From Azolla caroliniana (taxonomy: Eukaryota > Plantae > Polypodiophyta), in assembly GCA_043228905.1 (NCBI GenBank), contig JBHGNT010000003.1, positions 10,602,001 through 10,666,000 on the forward strand: a stretch of 64,000 nucleotides of DNA, read 5' to 3'. This document shows, piece after piece, positions 1 through 14,159 of this stretch (positions are counted from its first letter, which is position 1; each line of letters starts with the position of its first letter). Position numbers and translations under genes: made by a program. A model generated the notes under the pieces. The model did no database searches. It had not been told where the DNA came from and saw only the letters and a list, made by a program, of their open reading frames with translations.

Positions 1-984
1 TCTTTAAACAAGGGCTTTGGCCCACTGTGCAAGGTAATGGAATATGCGAACCAACGGTGCCTAGGACTTTTCTTGCTAAAACTCAAGAGACATAGGGACA
101 TGTTGTGAAGGACAATAGTACAGCCACACAAGCTCATCCACAATGAATAATCACAACTTTCTTTAGCCTATCACTCCTACCAATGCTACAAGTCAATCAA
201 GGGCTACACAAATGGGCTCCCGACCAAGACATAACAAAGGGATTATAATAGATCGGGCAATAGTAATTTGTCGAGCACGTAGGCTCCTGCCCCATGAACC
301 ACCGATTATCTCTCGCCATTGTAGGCGCTCTTGCTTCGAAGACCCCTCCATTCTGGAAACCTATGCTAGAGATCTTTTGAAGACAAAAGTTATAATATGT
401 CTAATGTGAGAATCTTACATGTGCCGAAAACCAAATTCTTTAGTCCTTTTTTATCTTATTTACTTTTATATTTACTTAGTAATATTTATTTTGTTTTGAT
501 TTGTTGTTCTCAAAGACGAGACAACACTTCAGATGTAATCTCTTGTTTGACCTTATAGGCCATTTTGGCCTCTTAAAAGACTTTAATATATTTTCCTTTC
601 TTTCTTTTTTTCTCGAGGAACACTTGGAGAAGACCCCCAATGAGAATTTTCTAGAATTAACTAGGAGATACAAAGTTAAAAGAAAGAATCCATGATGTAG
701 CTGAAAAGTTGATGAAACAACAGTAACAAAAAAAAAAATCATGGATTCCTAGGGAAGTTGATAAACTTGAAGTAATGACACAAGGTTTCTCTCAAAACCG
801 CCAACAGCTAGAGAAATAATTATATCATAAAGGATGATTGGGTTAAGGAAATTGAGAAATGATTCTGTAGAAACAAAATGCACACTTACATTTTGAACAA
901 TGGCCTTCATGGCATTTCATGGGCAAATTCAGAGCAGCAACAACTTATATGAAATTTTAGAAGTATAAATTTTATTACATCTTT

Positions 985-1053
985 GTGTTACCGTACGAGA
1001 TGTATGGACACCCTCGTTACACTCAACTTTCCATACATCTCGTAAGGTAACAC
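985..1053. repeat. 24-bp inverted repeat (hairpin or mini-MITE) in the Dr1 intron
   Basis: GTGTTACCGTACGAGATGTATGGA (985-1008) and TCCATACATCTCGTAAGGTAACAC (1030-1053) are reverse complements with 1 mismatch; 21-nt loop; TTT on both flanks. Confidence 0.85.
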
Positions 1054-1363
1054 TTTGTTTACTGTCTCATTAATGATCAATTGGTGGTGTTTCATTAATG
1101 ATCATGTGGTGTTGTACCTATGACAAACAAAATGTAAAGAATATGTGGGTTCTATTGGTCTTGACTCTTTCTTGTATATATTTTTATAGTAATACAATTT
1201 CATTGTAAAAAAAAAGGGGACTTTAAAACTCCTTGCTTGCAAAGGCCCTCACCTCAGTCTTTCTTTTTAGAGAAAGAGAGTTCAAAGTTATTTCTTGGTG
1301 TCTGTGCAATAGGCTTAGAATTTCTTCGGAAGAGTTAAAACTTCTTTTTCCTACTTGCAATAG

Positions 1364-1676
1364 GATTTGGGATTCAAAAGCTACATGGAAGAGGTTCAGA
1401 TTGCCTTAAATGAGCATAAACGAGAATCTATGGTAAGCTAAATCTTGTTACTCAAACACAACAGGCGTTTTAATTGGGCTCTGAACAAACTATGTATATG
1501 GTGGATGCATATATATTTAGGACTCTGGTAGAGCAAGTGGGAAATGGGGGAGCGAATACAAGATGATGAGTGAGGAAGAAGCTGTTGCAGAGCAGAAAAG
1601 AATGTTTGCCGAAGCACGAGAGCGAATGAAAAGTGGAACCTTATCAATAATACCAAAACATCATGAAGAGGAGTGA
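1364..1676 (+). CDS. DR1: Dr1/NC2-beta (TBP-associated repressor, histone fold), last two exons; 5' exons not found in the window
   Basis: Exons 1364-1432 (DLGFKSYMEEVQIALNEHKRESM) and 1521-1676 (DSGRASGKWGSEYKMMSEEEAVAEQKRMFAEARERMKSG...stop) have AG/GT borders and match the plant Dr1 C-terminal motif M(T/S)EEEAxAEQQRMFAEARARM. Not in the ORF track. Confidence 0.88.
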
Positions 1677-2008
1677 GTAGGCATATTTTTGATAGAGTTT
1701 TCAAGAGCTAGTGTCATTTGGGAAAAAGGAAAAAGAAAAAGAAACCCAAAACCTTGATTTTATAATGAAATAACTTTTCTACTTCCTTAGCGTTTTTATT
1801 CTGAGATTTATCACTGTACAATTTGTTGGTGCTGCTTGAGGGTTTTACTAGTTTCATGAGAAAAGTGGAATTGTGGAATGAATTAAAAAAACGATTAACT
1901 TGGGTGTGACCATATTATATATACCAGTCCAATGTGATGGATTTCTCTGCAATGGTATGTGTTCCTCAACCACATAACATAGAAGTAAACGCTCAATCAT
2001 TGATTCGA

Positions 2009-2039
<31 letters not shown>

Positions 2040-4269
2040 GCCTGTATAAGTTGCTAATGACCATGTTGCTAATTTATGTATAGCTCCATTTTTGTAAGAT
2101 AAAAATGTATGTGGCTACCATCTTGTAGTTTAGGTTGCCCCCAACTTATGGGGCCATCTCATTGTGTGTACGTAGATGAAAACATATGTACATTCTCTCT
2201 TTATAATAATATGTGTATGCATGTTAAAAGCATACATACCCTTTGGAAGGACCTCTAATAGGCGAAGAATAATAAAAATTGGTTCTATCAAAATGGTCTT
2301 ATATAGCCATGCTCTAGGTAGTAAGACAATTGTTTGTCTCAAGTAATAGATCTAATCATAATCTTCCATTCAACTAAAAATGTCACACTAATAACTTTCT
2401 CTTAGAATGGCATTATTGCCTTACTGGCTCACTTTCCATAACCCAATGATTTGGTGTTATACATGAATACCAATTATAATTTGTGATCCATGAAGATGAG
2501 TAGCCTTGCATGTCATGGGAGATCTACTTGAGTGACCTATACACCAACTCATGGAAAAATAATGTTCAATACTTCCTTTCCAATGGTTTTTGAATATCAT
2601 CATGATTTGAGGAAATGATGATGATTCTCTTCGTTGATAGATGGATTCACATGTTCTACACCATTCCATTATAGAAGCTTCACCATGAGGTTGTCATGAG
2701 AGAGTGAAGCACCTTTTGTTGATAAAGATGATGAACATGATATCAAGTTATTTGCATCCTTTTTCTTTATTCTACGTCACACACATACATTCATAGTGAT
2801 TTTCAAGTTATTCATACATTTTTGTGGCAGTGATAAATATGTTTACATTTTAATTTGATAGTTCATTGAATCATAAGACATTTTGGTACCATATGTGTGT
2901 GCTTTTTACCCAAATCCCTCCCCACTCCTCCTGGCTTTGTATCCAACAAGATTTCTTGCTTTTGGGGTGAAAGTACATTATCTTTAAGAAATGGACAAGT
3001 TTAAGGAAAATAGTGAGGAGAAGATTGTGGTATAATAAATGAGAGGAGATGATTGGATGGGTACGTAGAAGTGGATTGGATTGTTTGACAATTCTAGAAA
3101 GTTGGATGGTTGACAGTTGTAGAAAGATGCATCTATGATCTAGGCACTAGTCATCACCGATCCCACCACAACATATTCATGGGCAAATCCATTAACATTT
3201 ATTTCCAAATGTCATTGTCATATGAAGCTTGAATTCACGATATCAAGCGGCAAGCCTCTTTTTTTCTACACATCAAGTATCACATGATGAAGTGTCGTCA
3301 TCTATCAATATTCGATATATTTTTTCAAAATGCCACATTTTTGTTTTGTAGTTGTTGACTAGCTACTCCTTTCAAGTGCATTTATGAGAATGGCAAGCAT
3401 TTTCTTTGTATGTGACAAAATGCAGTTATCTTTACGTGAATTCACATTACTTTTGGCGAATAAATTTTAAAACAACGGCATTTTAATAAATTTCACATGA
3501 CATTTCATTTTCGTTTTCCTATGATATCTCTATACATATATTAGATATGTTGCATCAAACCACAAGATGATCTTCTTCTCTACACATTCATCGCTATATG
3601 TTAGAGCCCATCCCTTGTTTTGCATTTGTACTAGTGCCTCAATATGACTTTTCTTACATTCTCTTCAATATGAGACGAGGCAATTGGGCACAACTTGGGC
3701 AACACACATGGACTATAGAAAATATTTTGCCTCGAGCAGGTGCAATAGTTAGGCACACTTTAAGACAATGTGCTACATTTGAACACATTCAAGTTTGGTT
3801 TCCACACATTCTCAATCTCATCCACTCCCTACACACATTCTTTGCATAGTTACAATGTGCATTCTTGTTTGCAACGTTTAATAGTAAAATTCAATTCAAT
3901 ACTCATGTCCACACATGCTACGTGAACACTATTTATGTCTGGTTATGTGTGTGTGTGTGTGTGTGTGTGTGAGATCTCGGAGGAAATAATAAAATCTATT
4001 TATTGATCTCATATGAAGTGGTACATATACACTAATATTTTAAAATCTTCCACTAATCTTTGTAAGTTCCACAATTGTTCAAGCTCAAGTGTTTGAATTA
4101 CATGTTCTTCACTTGCAATAGACCTTGATGTGATTTTACGTAGGTTGCACAAATCAAAGATTCAAGTGGTTTATAATGTTAGTCTATGCTTCACATAGAG
4201 AAATCTTAATTAATTTAGATAATGGATGGAAAACATGTCCACCAATTAATTAAGATGGAAACAGTTTAA

Positions 4270-4424
4270 GGAAAAGTTAAAACCAAACCAAAACATATAA
4301 ATGTTTTCAAGTTTAAATGGCTTGCATCTAAATGGTTTGGTTTAAATGTCTTCGTAGTTCTTAAACAATTTGGTTTGGTTTTAAAGCCAAGGAACCGTAC
4401 CAAACCAATTTGGGCCCATGCCTA
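4270..4424. mobile_element. Possible right end of a non-autonomous hAT-like element
   Basis: Clustered AAACC/GGTTT subterminal motifs ending in GGGCCCATGCCTA; no matching left end or TSD found. Confidence 0.3.
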
Positions 4425-4774
4425 CTTAAAATGTTTGTAGTTTAGCCCAGTCAAGCCAAAATTCAATACTTATTATACTAACGATGATCACTTAGCTATT
4501 TGGCATACTTGCTTGAGTGTTAGGTATCCCTTCTATTGCGACAATTGTTATGTATGATACCATAATTCAATGAGGTGCTCAAACCTCTCCTTGACTTGCA
4601 ACACTTGTCGATCATACATCTACTCGAGGCCAAGGAGACATTTGAGATCTAACCTCCCACACCAATGGTGTTGTATGTCAACCTTAGCATTGGGCGACAA
4701 GTCATGGAAGAGCAATTCGTAGTTACCACCCTCACATTAATGGGCACATAGTTCTAGATGTCATAATAGAGGTT

Positions 4775-4985
4775 TGTTATGGGTTAGGGTTCATAATTAT
4801 GATAGTGATGATGATTGAAATGGTTAGCGATGATGGATTGATGATGAATGTAGATGGTGATGGAGATGATGAGTGTTGCGGGGTAATAGCATGATTGCGA
4901 TGTGCATTGAGAAGCATTGCGGGGTGGGGGGTAGCGCTTGGAATGGCTCCACCTCTCTCCCAATGGGGGTTCAACTTGGGAGAGC

Positions 4986-5033
<48 letters not shown>

Positions 5034-5552
5034 CCCTCTTCTTTTCATTCATTCCCCATAAGGGGGTTAAATAGTTACAATGAGGTTAGATTCATAGGGG
5101 TGCAAGCCCCCTTTGCCGTAGGAGATGTACGGAGATTTGAGAATGACAAGTCAGGGTGAAAGAGTAAAGTGTTGATGTGCATGTGTAAATGTGCACAAGT
5201 GTAATCGTGAGTGTGAGTAGATGCCTATGTGAACACATGCACATGTGTGTGCATGTGGACAGATAAGGAGAGTTGTGAGTGAGTGATTAGTGTGAATGGC
5301 TAAGGGGGCTTGCACCCCTATGAATCTAGCCTCATTGTAACTATTTAACCCCCTTATGGGGAATGAAGGAAAAGAAGAAAGAAGTTCTCTCTCAATCTCT
5401 CTCTCTCTTGACGTCTCTCTCTTTCTCTCCCCCTCCCTTACGTTGAATCCCCTTGGGAGGGGGGCTGGAGCCATTCTTGGCACCACCCCTAATAATCACA
5501 CGCACCATTACCACTCATCATTATCATTAACCATAACCCTAAACCTATAACA
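4775..5552. mobile_element. Fold-back element with long imperfect inverted arms, TG...CA ends and a 5-bp TSD
   Basis: Starts TGTTATGGG and ends CCTATAACA. Arms ~4775-5117 and ~5298-5552 are inverted copies (inner ~70 bp nearly identical, GA/TC tracts mirrored). Flanks AGGTT and AGGTC. Confidence 0.75.
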
Positions 5553-6124
5553 AGGTCATATCCAATGTCCACATGATCAATGAGGGCACGTATGAGTGCT
5601 TCAATATTACACTGTGGGAATGCCTTTTTTGGATACACATGGTGACACTAGTTTGGGGCAGCCCCTCGACCTTACGAAGGATCTTCTCTCTGTGGGGGAA
5701 AACAAAGGTCAAGTTCTTGATTTCTCTTGAACCGCGTTGGCCTCACCACTCGACCTTCCATTCACACCAAAAGAATTAATATGCTCAAAGGGATAGGTGA
5801 TGTACATCTTGACGCGTAGATGGAATATCATATTATGACAATCATACCATTCTTCAAGATCTATGTGGTGTAGGTTGGTCAGCCATGTAAACACAAACTT
5901 TTTGCTAGATGTATCGTCAATGATATAAGTGTGTCATGTTATTCTCAGGAGTGTAAGTTGTGGACATTTGAATAGGTGCCAATTATGACTTGCTTGATGT
6001 CAACCTCAACACAAAGGCAAAATCCCAACATGTGAAGATCATGAAGGGCTTTGACTAACCATTTTGCCAAGAGCTTCTCATTCTAATTAGCAGACATCAA
6101 TATGTTGTTGCATGGTTCTATGAG

Positions 6125-7000
6125 AACATTAATCCTCTACTTATCTTGCATGACCCTTCGAAACCTTTCAAGGTTGAAGCCAAATCTAATGATTATGCAA
6201 TTGGCATCTTTCTTTACCAAGATAGAACCTATTGCTCTTGAGAGTAAGAAGCTTGTCTTTATTCAATGTTGATAATCGATTTAAGAAAAAGAACTTTTTT
6301 CTATCATTCATGCACAACACAAATTAATATTAAGATTAGTCAAGATACAACATTTTTTTTATGTTGATTGTGATAATAGTCATCCTCATGTTCTTGCTCC
6401 TAGTAAAAATATCTTCTTACATTTATTTGCAAGTAAGTGTGCTAAATGAGCCTAAAGCTATTATGAACCTTTCACATTTCTAAATTGTATTGGTTCATCT
6501 ATTTATCAAATGTTGATCTTATTTGTCATGTTATCTAAAAGAACTTCTTAATTTTGACGACAACATAATAATCAATAGGATCTAATGGTTCACAAGCATT
6601 TATCTAATGCTTGAAATAAATATTTGAGATCGAAACAAATTCAAGCATTCAAACAAATGGTTGGATTGAATTGTGCATAATGCCACCTGGGAGGAGCATG
6701 TTCTTACATTTTAACTCTCTTGATTTTCAAGGAAGAATATGAGCAATGTTTTGGAAATAAGGAATATGTTATAGGCATAACCTACATGAAAAAATCATAA
6801 GGCTAATTCCAATGGTGTAAGTTGGATAGGATAAGTGACAATCAGTACCTCAGGACTTCAAGCAAACTTGTAAGGACTTGTGACACTTGGAATAGACACA
6901 ATTGGGCTATATAAAGGGCTCTCGGTACCCCCTTCATTAGGCAATATTTAGACACTTTTGGGACTCTTGGTGAGGTAAATGTCTCTTCAAACGAATCCAT
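6125..7000 (+). mobile_element. Heavily decayed chromovirus (Ty3/Gypsy) remnant
   Basis: RNase H-like LHDPSKPFKVEA..DYAIG..ESKKL (~6146-6255); chromodomain-like ..ATWE (~6680); purine tract followed by TGTTATAGGCATAACC (~6767) resembling the LTR start at 19890; TATA at ~6908. Confidence 0.55.
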
Positions 7001-8685
7001 TTTTTTTAAAATTCCAAGGTATAAGTTAAGGTAATCATCGCTCTGATGTGGTGATCATCACATGTCTCCATATAGCCAAGCCTTTTATATGTCCACAAGC
7101 TCGAAACTACTCATAATGACGTGTCATATGATTAGATGCACCGAAGTCAATAAACAAAACATCAACTTCTCTGCTAGTGATTGCTAAAATTGAGTTTCCC
7201 TTATGCTTCATCATGAACATTTTGCCATAGTAATCATTGTGGTGGAAGTTGGTGGTTTAGTTGATGAGTTCTCAATCCACCCTAGGAGGGTGGCTCGCCT
7301 TCTCACAATACATATATTTTTCTTTGTTTGGTGGTTTTGTCCACCATTCAAATTCCCCTTTCTTCTAGAACTTCCTCTTCCACACACACTCTAACTTTTA
7401 TGTTGAGGTTGGGGCCCACGTTTTGTGAGTATCTTTCTCTATTGTCGAATCATCTGCCACATGATATTCTTTCTCTTTCATGGTTGTCATTGTTGTTGAC
7501 GTGTGGTGGAGCATTTGGGTTTCAAATGTTGTGGTCTTTATGGCAAAGGGTTTTCTTTTTCCAAAAACATGGTTGGAGGTTCGAAGAATGAGAATGGTTT
7601 TTTTGTGTAACAATAATGGTCTTCAACAAACTGAACCATGATGAGATTAGGTAGTCAAGCCATCTTTTCACCATGTCTTCCTCATTTATCTACATTTGAT
7701 GGAAACAAGAGCATCACACAATATTTTTATGGTGTAATTGTTGATGAACCTGCCCTTTTGTGTAATGGCATTCAATTTTGTGGGAGTTGAAGTTTGTGAG
7801 CGGTGATGTTTGTGGGAGAGATGTTCATAAGAATTTCCCATGCTTTGTTCAATGTCTTCATGTGTGTCCCAATGAGTGTATGACTAAACGTGTTACCTCC
7901 ACAAATTTCTCTACACTCATGACATTGTATCAACCATGAAAACTCAAATAAATAGTGGAGATCAAGCAAAGGAGTATCATGTAATAATTGGGCAAAAGAT
8001 TGCATAAGAATGCCCACAACTTGGAAGGTCAACTCCCACATCCTCATCAAGGCTCGAAACGATTGGCAATCAGGCCCTCCACAAAGAAGGGTGAAAAAAG
8101 AAAGGGGAAAGGAACAAAAATTGATGCGGAGCAAACTATTATTGTAAGGGCGCGATGGATCCCCTCCCCCCCCCCCCCCCCCCCCCCCTATGTTCAACAA
8201 AGAAGGCGGTCGGTCCCAATTGTGGTGGTTTCTAAATGGAGAAGCCTTTTTCTTTGTTACGAGGAAGTGGTTGGTCATCATGGGGTTAGAGATGAGAGAA
8301 CATGATGACATGACATGACACGACACACTTAACAACCTCACACACATAAAGACAATGTGTGTGTGTGTCCCCACCTAAAATAATGTAACCCTTGGGCCCT
8401 TCTTCTCTTTCACCAACTCATTATGTACATACATACATACATACTCTCATTCATATTATGTATTAATAATATTTATCATAGCAAGTTGCAAGCAAAGGCA
8501 GGCAAAAGCTCCCCAAGAGTAGTAGTAGTAGTGGGCTTTCTTTGACAGAGTGAATACACACACACACACACACACACACAAAGAGAGACAGAGAGACAGA
8601 GGCACACACACACACACCTACACACACAGAAAACAGAGGAATTTCCTGACTCCTTTTTTTTTTTTTTTTTTTGTGTGTGCCTCTC

Positions 8686-11600
8686 ATGGCCTCTGCCTCT
8701 GCCTCTGCTACCACCACGGTAGGGAATGTTGAAGGCCTGTGTCTTGCACTTGGATCATGCATCTTCATTGGATCTAGCTTCATCATGAAGAAGAAAGGGC
8801 TTAAAAGAGCAGGAGCTTTAGGCCTCCCAGCAGGTATTTATTGTATTCTTCTTTCTCTCTTTTTCTTTTCATCATCTCTCGACTCTTGATGAAGGTTCAC
8901 CATGTTTATTGTATGTAATTGTTTTCCTCTTTTTCATTTCTTTGATTTTACATTTATGTTTGAAACGTTTTCATCACTGTTGTATGGTACATATTATTAA
9001 TTTTCGTTTCTTAAACAATGTATGTACGATTTGTTTATCGTGTTTTCTGTGTCTTTTTCTATAAGGTTTTTAAACTTTTATCTATTCATTTATTATTATT
9101 TAGGGTTTTGAGTCTTTTTATATGAATTATATCAGTTTTTGTTTGATTCGTTTTATATAGATTTGTGTCTCTGCTTAATGCAGGTTCAGGAGGGCACTCT
9201 TATCTACTCGAGCCATTATGGTGGGCAGGAATGATCACAAGTAAGCGTTTTGTTTCCTCTCTTTCTTTTCTGGCTGGGAATTCTCCCCTCTCTCTTTTGG
9301 TCTTATTTTTCTTTCAGTTTTTTAAGTTGTAAAATTTCAGGATTATTCCATCTCTATCTACACCCTCTAATAAATGGTCGGGCAAATATATATATATATG
9401 ATAGATAGATACATAGAGAGAGAGAGAGTTTAGGTGGAAATCATTTGTTTCTCACAAAAGAAGACTGTAACATAGCTTTTGAACGTTGTTATTTTCTCTT
9501 CTAGGTTGCTCTGTTTAGTTATAGTGGCTTTTATTCTTGTGAATAGAAAATTATTGTGATTTTGTTTCTTGGGCTTGTCCAGTGATAACCGGAGAGATTG
9601 CCAATTTTGCGGCATATGCATTTGCGCCTGCTGTTTTAGTAACCCCTCTTGGTGCTGGGAGTATAATAATCAGGTAAAAATCCATTATGTATTTGCAATA
9701 CAAATAAAATTAATGAATATGCAATGTGAGCAATTTAATAGATTGCAGTGTCACAGTCAAAGATGCATATATCTTAATACACTGCTCCCAAAACTTGGCT
9801 CATCTGATCTAATATAAACTCTTTTCGTCGTATAGGAACTAAAATTACGCTAATGCACATGGAAAAAAAATAAAAATAAAATTGCACAATTGTATTTTAA
9901 GTTACAATATTGTAATTTCTTCGTGCAGTGCAGTTCTTGCCCATGTTGTTTTGGGAGAGAAGCTCCATGCCCTTGGAATCTTGGGTTGCCTTTTGTCTGT
10001 GGTTGGTGCTGTGATAATGGCAATGCATTCTCCGAGTGAACCTACTATCTCTTCTGTTAAAGAGATTTGGGAACTTGCAACTCAACCAGGTACTGCCAAA
10101 ATATAAAAGAATGCTATTGTTTTGGGCAGGGGTGAGGAATCCTAGATATATGTATCTTGTTTTGAGTATTTACTAGAATACTCCTAAGTTTCCAAAGTTC
10201 AGTATAATGAACACATTAGTAGTCAATTTCCTTCTAAATAGAGGTATTCTAGTACTTTCAAGAAATTATCTAAATCAAGTTTGGTTTTTTTGGTAAATAC
10301 CAAAAAATTAGGCGTGGGGTATTCTGTTTATTCTTTTTTTTAATGCTTACAGGGATTATGTTTTTCTTAGGTTGTGTTATTTTATTCTTCTTATTTGTTC
10401 TTTTGCTTGCAGTTTTTTTGACATACACAATTTCAGTATTTGCCCTTGCACTAGTGTTCATCATCTTTGTTGTACCTTACTATGGGCAAACACATGTGCT
10501 CGTGTGTATTACTGTTTGTTCTCTTGCAGGTTCCCTCACGGTATGTTGGAAAATCTTTAACCTGTTCCAAATATTAGTTTTTTCCTAAAACATTACTCAG
10601 AAAACACTTTTTACATAGCTTACCTTGTTTTTCTTTGTTTCAAAACTATTATATGCTTAGTGTCCAAACACTTGATTATTATGCTATAGGTAATGAGTGT
10701 GAGGGCACTTGGCATTGCAATCCGATTGACTCTAGAAGGAGAGAATCAAATTTTCTATCCATATACGTGGGTGTTCTTGGCCATGGTAGTTGTGTGCGGA
10801 TTAACACAAATGAACTACTTGAATAAGGTGCATTCTTTGTGAAATTGAAAGTGTTGAGGCTGTGAAGTTTTCATATATATTTATATATTAATGGGATAAT
10901 ATGGTGGCGATGGTATACATTTCAAAATGCACTGAAGGATACTTTGCAGTGATCTCAGGCTCTTGATATATTCGATACGGCGGTAGTATCCCTTATATAC
11001 TACGTGATGTTTACATCATTCACGATATTTGCGAGTGTTATTTTGTACAAGGTATGAACCTATATCCCTTTTGTTTTCATGATAAAGGTGAACAAGGAAT
11101 TATTTATGTCCATCAAGCAAAGTCGTGCTAGATATATGGTTACAATCAATTGTCAACATGTTTGGACACAGCCAATAAGTCAAGGGAGGTTAGAAATTTG
11201 TAGAAAGTTCAGCAAAGAGTTTAGAAACTTTTTGAAAATGTTAAAAATTCTAGAATATGTTTAGAAACTGCAGAAGGTCAATGCTCGACAAAGGTTAAAA
11301 TAGTTATGGAAAGTCAAAGAGGCTTTTAGAATTTCGTATCTCCAGCCTTAATATTTGACTCTGTATCAAGGTTATTAATGTAAAAAGCAGTATTTTCCAA
11401 CATAATTGTAAGTGTATAATTGTGGGCTTCAGACATGGTATGATCAATCTGCTGCAAGTATCGTCTCAGAAGTGTGTGGTTTTTTTATTATCTTATCGGG
11501 AATGATTCTGTTGCTTGCGACAAAGAATCTCGGGGAATATGATCCCTTCGAGATAAGTAAGTCTAAGATGAACTAATTTTGTCTTTTCCTTCTTCCATAA

Positions 11601-11759
11601 GGTTTTCTTTCATTTTTTCATGTCAGCAAGAAAGCTGCTCGAAGGTTGACTAATATATCTCTATGTGTAAACACAGGTTTGTACTTTTCTTTTTCTCCAT
11701 CTCTATCTGCTCAACTTATCAGAGGAGACTTGAGCCATCTCGAATACACAATTAAATAA
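8686..11759 (+). CDS. NIPA-family (DUF803) magnesium transporter, 9 exons
   Basis: Exons 8686-8833, 9184-9240, 9583-9673, 9929-10089, 10413-10540, 10690-10827, 10959-11051, 11433-11556 and 11677-11759, all GT-AG and in frame. Motifs [70 protein letters not shown]. Confidence 0.93.
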
Positions 11760-13457
11760 GTGTCTCAGCCACTTCACGAAATCGGCGAAAATCTAAGAAT
11801 CAAGACTAAGTTCTATCTACTTGTTCGATTTGAATCATCTCTTAAGCAAAGGGTGTGGGATTTGACGAGAACAAAGTATTAGTACGAAACTGGGTGATCT
11901 TTGACCAATCTGGCTAAAATTCAATGTGAACTCACTTCTCGATCGCCCTCTCTCTGAAGATAAATTTTCCAAGGGAAAGCTTATTTTCAGCCCCATTCTT
12001 CTATTGTGAGCAAGGAAGTGTTATCAAATATTTTCACTTGATTTTCAACTTCCAACAATCCTCAGCTGTTGTTTACCATTTCATCAACATTCCAAATCAA
12101 TCAATACATTCATATTTGTAAAGCAATTTTTTTTGAAATTTGTGGCCGAGGTCATTTCATCCTATGATTTATTGAGCCCTTTCTAACAATTTATTCTCCA
12201 TTAACATATTGTGAGATAATCCACTGTTTGCATCAACCAATTACCATTGAGATAATCCACATTTTCTAATAAATATATTTAAAAAATTGCTCTTATATCC
12301 AGCACCATCGACGATTCCATCATGGAACATGAAACTGAAAATAAAAGGGGTGTATTTATTGTATGTATATGGTCTCACCGATTTGGCACTTGCTCTTGCA
12401 ATTAGAACATGTTAAATGGGTCACACAAGCACAAAGGTAGGTACATCTTGTAATTTCGAAAATATTACATAATTGAGGGTACTAAAAGGTGACAACTCAT
12501 TTCTTTACTACTTACATCTTTTTGTAAGGCCATCTTATTCACGTAGTAGTGTTTGGATGGCTCACTCATATAGACTTATAATGCTATCTCAAACATTATG
12601 TTTAACTAAAGACTTCCATATTTGTGTTTCTCACACCAACACGAGTTCTAACAACATCATTTTATAGTTTGATTTACCTACCTACTTGCATGGAGTCTTG
12701 TCTTTCATTATGGGCTAGCTAAAGGGTATCTTGTCAACAAATCGAGATGGAGTCTACCTAATCAATCAAATAGGCCATTTGCAAACTCCTTGATTCATAA
12801 CAACTATAAATCGTTCAGCTAATGGCAACTTGGGCTAGTCATCACAAACAAATTGCTAAAAATTTCCAATAATTAGGTTGACCCCATTGAGTGCATTTGT
12901 TGTATCTCGAAAGACACTCATGTATTATCATATCTGGAAGAATATGTAAATGTGGCCTTTGGTTGAGCACCTTTAAATCTTGCATAGAGTGAAAGATGAG
13001 ACATTCATCATTGTAGCTACTTCTTGAATATCAAAAGAACTCAATTCTTGTGTTTGACATAATTTTATTAAAGCACTACTCATCACCCTCACCCATATAT
13101 TAAGTTGTGATGATAATGAATAGAATGTGTGCTAGCAAGAAAAGGTTATTTATGTACATATGTTGCCATTAATTATATAATAGATGATTGCTTGACACTA
13201 AGACGACTTAGATGTTTCTTATCTAGGATAAATCTATTTAATTAGGACAAAAGTATTTCTTAATTGGTGTAGTTATTAGGTGTGTGTAAATGTTAGTTTA
13301 ACTCAATAAGCCCTCACGACTTCCATGATTGCATGGAGTAGAGAGGTAAGTGCTTTTATATATATCAACCATGACATGGTCTTTGCCATTGGGGGGGTGA
13401 TGCCCCCAATCCCTTGGTTAGCCCATTGTGAGCAAGGTGATCCCTCAAGACTCAATA

Positions 13458-13912
13458 TGTTAGGGGCATGACCATATAATATCCCGTGGCGAGAATTTAC
13501 CGTAGTATGCTATACACGTGGATAAGTGTGAGGGCTAAACGAGAGTGTAAAGAAGGGGATGATTACTTTTAATCCTCGGGATTGAGACAACCCATTAGGC
13601 CAAGTGTGAACTTGCCTGGGGGCCTTGGGTATCACTATAAATAAGAGGCCTAGCTACCCTCATTTCATCATCTTTTGACTATGTCGAGACTTTGTTCTTG
13701 TGGTGGGTCAACTCTTGTCGCGAGCGCACCAGCACGAGGTACGACTCGACGCCATGACGGTGGTATGAGACACCGATTGAGGCTCGAGTCCATCTTGATC
13801 CCTTTGCTCGGGGGTGGTCAGGTGGATCGGCACCCTTCTTTCTCTCTCTCCTTTCTATCTAGAGTTATCGTTTATCCTTATACTTTGCTTACATTAGTAC
13901 ATATCTCTAAAA
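13458..13912 (+). repeat. 5' LTR of the chromovirus
   Basis: Direct repeat of 19890-20343; TATA box CTATAAATA at ~13636; terminal CA mutated to AA. Confidence 0.93.
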
Positions 13913-14159
13913 GTTGGTTTCAAAGATCATGTTCTAATGTTTCTTTTGTTGTTTTTTGTCTTCTTGATTGATGGTGATCGATCAATGTGCGGTCGGCCTT
14001 GATCTAGACAACGATTAACAAAGGAACTTCGGTAATCTTTCTTGTTTTTTTTTTCTATTTTTTTTTCTTCCATCTAATCATGTATATAGTCTATATGTAA
14101 TTTTTTTCATTAATTCAATGATGTTATAGTGGTAATTAATTGGTTGTATAAAACGTTTA

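Noticed and set aside
4777-5550. Paired ORFs sharing FPIRGLNSYNE..FIGVQAP
   Set aside because: Mirror translations of the inverted arms and GA microsatellites; no coding signature
7200-8374. 200-aa and overlapping ORFs around a poly-C run
   Set aside because: Low complexity; at most a very decayed Gypsy gag/protease remnant that I cannot support firmly
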